Below are positions 59,367-64,000 of a stretch of 64,000 bases of DNA, piece after piece. Source of the DNA: Squalus acanthias. Lineage: Eukaryota. The notes beneath the pieces are model-generated. The model was not told the origin of the DNA. It made no database searches and saw only the letters and a list, made by a program, of their open reading frames with translations. Both the position numbers and the translations under genes were made by a program. The DNA lies in contig CM059431.1 in the NCBI GenBank assembly GCA_030390025.1, positions 136,340,001 to 136,404,000 on the forward strand, written 5' to 3'. The stretch's first letter is position 1. Each line of letters opens with the position of its first letter.

Positions 59367-59655
59367 AGAATCACAGACTAGTGTCGCAGATTCTTACAGC
59401 ACAGGAGGAGGTCATTCGGCCCATCGTGCATCTTTTTCATAGAGCTATGCAATTAGTCCAACTTCCCTGCTCAGTAATATTTTCCTTTGCGTATATATAT
59501 CCAATTCCCGTTTGAAAGTTACTATTGAATCTGCTTCCTCCGCCCATCCAGGCAGTGCTTTCCAGATCACAACAAATCGCTGTGTAAAAACAATCTCTAC
59601 AACCCCCCTCCCCTTTTTTGCCAATTATCTTAAAACTGTGACTTGTGGTTATCGA
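59367..59655 (-). mobile_element. Decayed CR1 3' fragment
   Basis: acagcacaggaggaggtcattcggcccatcgtg 3' UTR signature followed by the reverse complement of the ORF2 C-terminal region; boundaries approximate. Confidence 0.7.
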
Positions 59656-60598
59656 CACATATTATTCTTAAAACGATTTCCTAATCATCCGTGTATCGAT
59701 TAATATATATCTTTAATTTGACTTAACAGGTTCAAAATATCAGTGAGAGGAAGAATCTTTATTTTGAAAGTATAGCGTGCCGAGGTGCTTTGACATTACA
59801 AAGCGACCCTTCTAATTCATGTCGTTGTTAAGAAATGGCGGGGATATATATAGATTTTTTTGAAATACAAAAAAAGTGAAGTCACCCATATTTCCAAACA
59901 CTTCTTTTTTCCCATTTGGCGGTTGTAATTTGTCAGCAAGCTCCAGAAACTGTTGCATCGCGAGCCTCTGCTGACTGCGGTTTGCAACCTGCGGCATGGT
60001 GTTAAAAGTAGGTCCCATTTCTCTAGCCACGGACACCGGTTCTCGGTAGAAAACAGGCGGCGAGCAAAGTTGAAAAAATAAAACCTAACGCGGAGAATCA
60101 ATCAAAACTCAAATTTTCAAAACTGCTAGGGGCCCCATAATCCTCAAGTGGAGGTTCGGGCGAATTGAACTCCAACGCTACTTTAATCAAAACACAGCGG
60201 GTTTGAATAATCGTTCTTGTGAAATAAAACTGAAGGGGTCTCAACATCTGTGTGCATGAGCTCATACAAAGTAAAAGCAAAATGCTGCAACTAGCAGAGA
60301 CAGAAGCAAACGCTTTCCGTTTGTGGGTAACTCACTTCCTCCAACTTTGGATCGAAATGAGTAAGATGTTTTTGCAGTTCGCACGTAGGCAGCACTTGCT
60401 GTGCCTGATGCAAGGTCTGATAAGGGACATGGGTCTTTGTCAATTTAACTTCTTAAATACCAGTCTGTATAGGAGTGTAGGAGTTGTCGATGGTTAAAGG
60501 TTAGATTTCAACATCCTGCTGCTTCGCCTCCACAGGCAAACGCACGCATACTCATTCAGAATCACTCACTGATATACAGGAGCACCCTTTATCTTTCT

Positions 60599-61345
60599 CT
60601 CATAGAATCATAGAATCATAGAAAGTTACAGCACGGAAGGAGGCCATTTCGGCCGATCGTGTCCGCGTCGGCCGACAAAGAGCTACCCAGTCTAATCCCA
60701 CTTCCCAGCTCTTGGTCCGTAGCCCTGCAGGTTACAGCATCCCAAGTGCACATCCAAGTACTTTTTAAATGTGGTTAGGGTTCCTGCCTCTACCACCCTT
60801 TCAGGCAGTGAGTTCCAGACCCCCACAACCCTCTGGGTGAAAAAATTTCCCCTCAAATCCCCTCTAAACCTTCCCCCAATTACTTTAAATCTGTGCCCCC
60901 TGGTTTTTGACCCCTCTGCTAAGGGAAATAGGTCCTGTCTATCCACTTTATCTATGCCCCTCATAATGTTATACACCTCAATAAGGTCTCCCCTCAGCCT
61001 CCTCTGTTCCAAGGAAAACAGACCCAGCCTATCCAGTCTTTCCTCATAGCTAAGATTCTCTACTCCCGGCAACATCCTTGTAAATCTCCTCTGTACCCTC
61101 TCTTGTGCAATTACATCTTTCCTGTAATGTGGTGACCAGTAATCTAGCTGAGGCCTGACTAGTGTTTATACAGTTGAAGCATAACCTCCCCTGCTCTTGT
61201 ATTCTATGCCACGGCTAATACAGGCAAGCATTCCGTATGTCTTCTTAACCACCTTATCTACCTGGCCTGCTCCCTTCAGGGAACTGTGGACATGCACTCC
61301 AAGGTCCTTTGTTCCTCTACACTACTCAGTGTCCTACCTTTTAAT
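60599..61345 (-). mobile_element. CR1 3' fragment with (TTCTATGA)n tail
   Basis: tcatagaatcatagaatcataga tail; ORF 60692-61075 LSYEERLDRLGLFSLEQRRLRGDLIEVY. Confidence 0.9.
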
Positions 61346-61364
61346 GTGTCCTACCATTCTCTGG

Positions 61365-61727
61365 ATCTCTCTCTCTCTTACACATACACACATATACATA
61401 CACAGTCGCTCTGATATACACACACATTCACTTTCTCTACCTCTCTCGCACAGACACAAACACTGACACAGTCACTCGCTCCCTCTATCTCTGTCTCTCA
61501 CACATACAATCATACACTTACTGATATGCACACGCATTCTCTGTCTCTGTCTGTGATTTTCTCTCTCTCTCTCTTACACACACACTCACTCAAGTGACTC
61601 AGTGAGGTACATATGCATCATTTGTCTCTGTCTGTTTGTGTGTGCCTCTGTCTCACACGCACACTCAGAGTAACTCACAGATATACACACGCCTTCTCTA
61701 GCTCTGCCTCACTCTTTCACACACACA
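61365..61727. repeat. Degenerate (CT)n/(CA)n low-complexity tract
   Basis: Alternating ctctct and acacac runs. Confidence 0.75.
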
Positions 61728-61908
61728 AAGGAGATCTTTAAATGTCGCAGACTGATTCATTTAGAACACAGGAGCCGGAAGGAGCTCTATCGGACTACAA
61801 AATAATTAGGCCCTAAGACACTAGAAAATCTTTCTACTTTAAAGGGCACAGATTGCAAACAGACCTTGCTCAACACTGGGCTTTTATTTTATTGTGGCCT
61901 TGTCTTCC

Positions 61909-63212
61909 AATCATAGAATCATAGAAATTTACCGCACAGACGGAGGCCATTCGGCCCATCGTGAGTGTGCCGGCTGAAAAGAGAGCTCTCCAGCCTAATC
62001 CCACTTTCCAGCTCTTGGTCTGTAGCCTTGTAGGTTACGGCATTTCAAGTGCACATGCAAGTACTTTTTAAATGTGACGAGCCTTTCTGCCTCTACTACC
62101 CTTTCAGGCAGTGTGTTCCAGATCCCCACCACCCTCTGGGTGAAAAAATGTCTCCTCTACGCCCCTTTACTCCTTTTGCCGATTACTTTAGATCTATGCC
62201 CCCAGGGTTATTGACCTCTCTGCTAAGGGAAGTTGGTCCTTACTATCCACTCTATCTAGACCCCTCACAATTATATGCACCTCAATTAAGTCACCACTCA
62301 GCCTCCTCCTATCCAACCTTTCCTCATAGTTAAAATCCTTCAGTCCTGGCAACATCCTCGCAAATCTCCTTTGTAACCCTCTCTGGTGCAATTACATCTT
62401 TCCTCTAATGTGGTGACCAGAACTGTACGCAATACTCTAGCTGTGGCCTAACTAGGGTTTTATACACTTCAAGCGTAACCTCCCTGCACTTATATGCTAT
62501 TCCTCGACTGATAAAGGAAAGTATCCCCTATGCCTTCTTAACCACCTTATCTGCCTGTCCTGCTACATTCAGGGATCTGTGGACATGCACTCCAAGGTCT
62601 GTTCCTCTGCACTTCTCGGTATCCTACCATTTGTCGTATATTCCCTTGCCTAGCTAGCCCTCCCCAAATGCATCACCTCACACTTCTCCGAATTGAATTC
62701 CATTTGCCACTTTTCTGCCCACCTGACCAGTCCATTGATATCTTCCTGCAGCCTACAGCTTTCTTCCTCACTATCAACCACTTAGCCAAGAATTGTATCT
62801 TCTGCAAACTTCTTAATCATGCCCCCTACGTTGAAGTCTAAATCATTGCTACATACCACAATACGCAAGGGAGCTAGTACTGAGCCCTTCCGTACCCCAC
62901 TGCAAACAACCTTCCAGTCACAAAAAAACCCGTCGACCATTACTCTTTGCTCCCAGCCACTGAGCCAATCCTGGCTCCAACTTGCCACTTTCCCTTGAAT
63001 CCCATGGGCTTTTACTTTTCTGACCAGTTTGCCATTGTGGACCTTTTCAAAAGCCTTGCTAAAATCCACGTAGACTACAAGAAACTGAACTACCCTCATC
63101 GACCTTCCTTGTTAATTCTTCAATAAATTCAATAACATTAGTCAGGCACGACCTTCCCTTAATAAATCCATGCTGACTGTCCTTGATTAATCCGTGGCTT
63201 TCTAACTGACTT
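61909..63212 (-). mobile_element. Decayed CR1 fragment (RT to 3' tail)
   Basis: aatcatagaatcataga tail; SQHGFIKGRSCLTN, YVDFSKAFEKV, KKFAEDT; frameshifted. Confidence 0.9.
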
Positions 63213-63377
63213 ATGAAAATGGCCTCTTGGTTTCCAACGGCGCCTGCAAGATGAGTCACTTGGTTAGCAGAAGTTGGAAGAACATTTCACTTTAAGCACA
63301 ATTCACTTGCATAATCTTCAAAATACAGAACAATAAAAAAATAAAGTGGTGATTTGAAATTTTGCATGTTGTAACAA

Positions 63378-63920
63378 ATCGGACGGGTTGCACCTCAACA
63401 GGACTGAGACCAATATCCTCGCAGGGAGGTTTACTCGTGCTGTTGGGGAGGGTTTAAACTAGCTCGGCAGGTGTAAGGAACCTGAGCTTTGAATCCGAAC
63501 AGAGAAAAGCAAAGCTGGAAAAAGAAGGCAGAAAATTAGTCAGTGAGTTTGTAAATCAGAGGAAACAAAGGCTAGAAAATAGACAACAAAGTGGTTTGGC
63601 AGTGCTTAATGGTACGTACTTCAATGCAAGGAGTTTAGTGAATAAGGCAGATGAGCTGAGGGCACAGATAGACAAGAGGAAGTATGATACCACAGATATT
63701 ACTGAAACATGGCTGAAAGAAGGGCAGGAATGACAGCTCAACATTCCTGGTTACAGAGTTTTCCGACGAGATAGAGAGGGGGATAAAAAAGGGTGTCGTA
63801 ATATTGTTTAAATAAACAATTACAGCTGTGAGGATGGAATATTTGTTAGAAGGATCATAAAATGAGGCCATATAGGTTGAACTGAAGAACACAAAGAAGC
63901 AGTCACACGGCTGGGAGTGT
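63378..63920 (+). mobile_element. Decayed CR1 fragment spanning the ORF1 end and the ORF2 endonuclease start
   Basis: DGLHLNRTETNILAGRFTRAVGEGLN*, then YFNARSLVNKADELRAQID...ITETWLKEG. Confidence 0.85.
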
Positions 63921-64000
63921 ACATAAGAACATAAGAAATAGGAGCAGGAGTAGGCCATTCAGCCCTTCGAGCCTGCTCCGCCATTCAATGAGATCATGGC
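63921..64000 (-). mobile_element. 3' end of another CR1, nested in the previous fragment; runs off the right edge
   Basis: acataagaacataagaaataggagcaggagtaggcc is the reverse complement of the same 3' UTR and tail type seen in families A and B. Confidence 0.88.

Noticed and set aside
59812..60497. Short ORFs in the non-repetitive-looking stretch
   Set aside because: No recognisable domain or convincing splice signals; cannot be supported without a homology search.

Overview
Eukaryotic, repeat-dominated window, probably from a cartilaginous fish (inferred only from the style of the CR1 elements). Bases 1-41715 are a 27-bp satellite (TCTACTCCTGTAGTGGTCTGTGATGAT) with kb-scale higher-order structure. 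It is interrupted by one near-full-length CR1 LINE on the minus strand (12923-16938) and by three near-identical copies of a single 5'-truncated CR1 insertion that was amplified with its satellite flanks (23046-26340, 28700-31994, 34896-38190). Bases 41716-~56558 are a second, degenerate 14-bp satellite (GGAGTGTGACATCW). It carries a young, intact Ty3/Gypsy LTR retrotransposon (42094-46577) and a non-autonomous DNA-transposon-like insert (54470-55296). The last 7.5 kb hold decayed CR1 fragments, two promoter-like motif clusters and one candidate first coding exon. The long STPVVVCDD, ESSQTTTGV and RSRIITDHY ORFs are translations of the satellite, not genes. Three signals stand out. (1) The Gypsy element has no tRNA primer-binding site; an 11-nt perfect complement to its own LTR sits in that position (Tf1-style self-priming), and it also has a YLDN RT motif and a duplicated PPT-U3. 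(2) A slippery heptamer TTTAAA(C/T) at the ORF1 stop, conserved in three distinct CR1 families, puts ORF2 in the -1 frame. (3) A LINE-plus-satellite composite macro-repeat has breakpoints that can be mapped.
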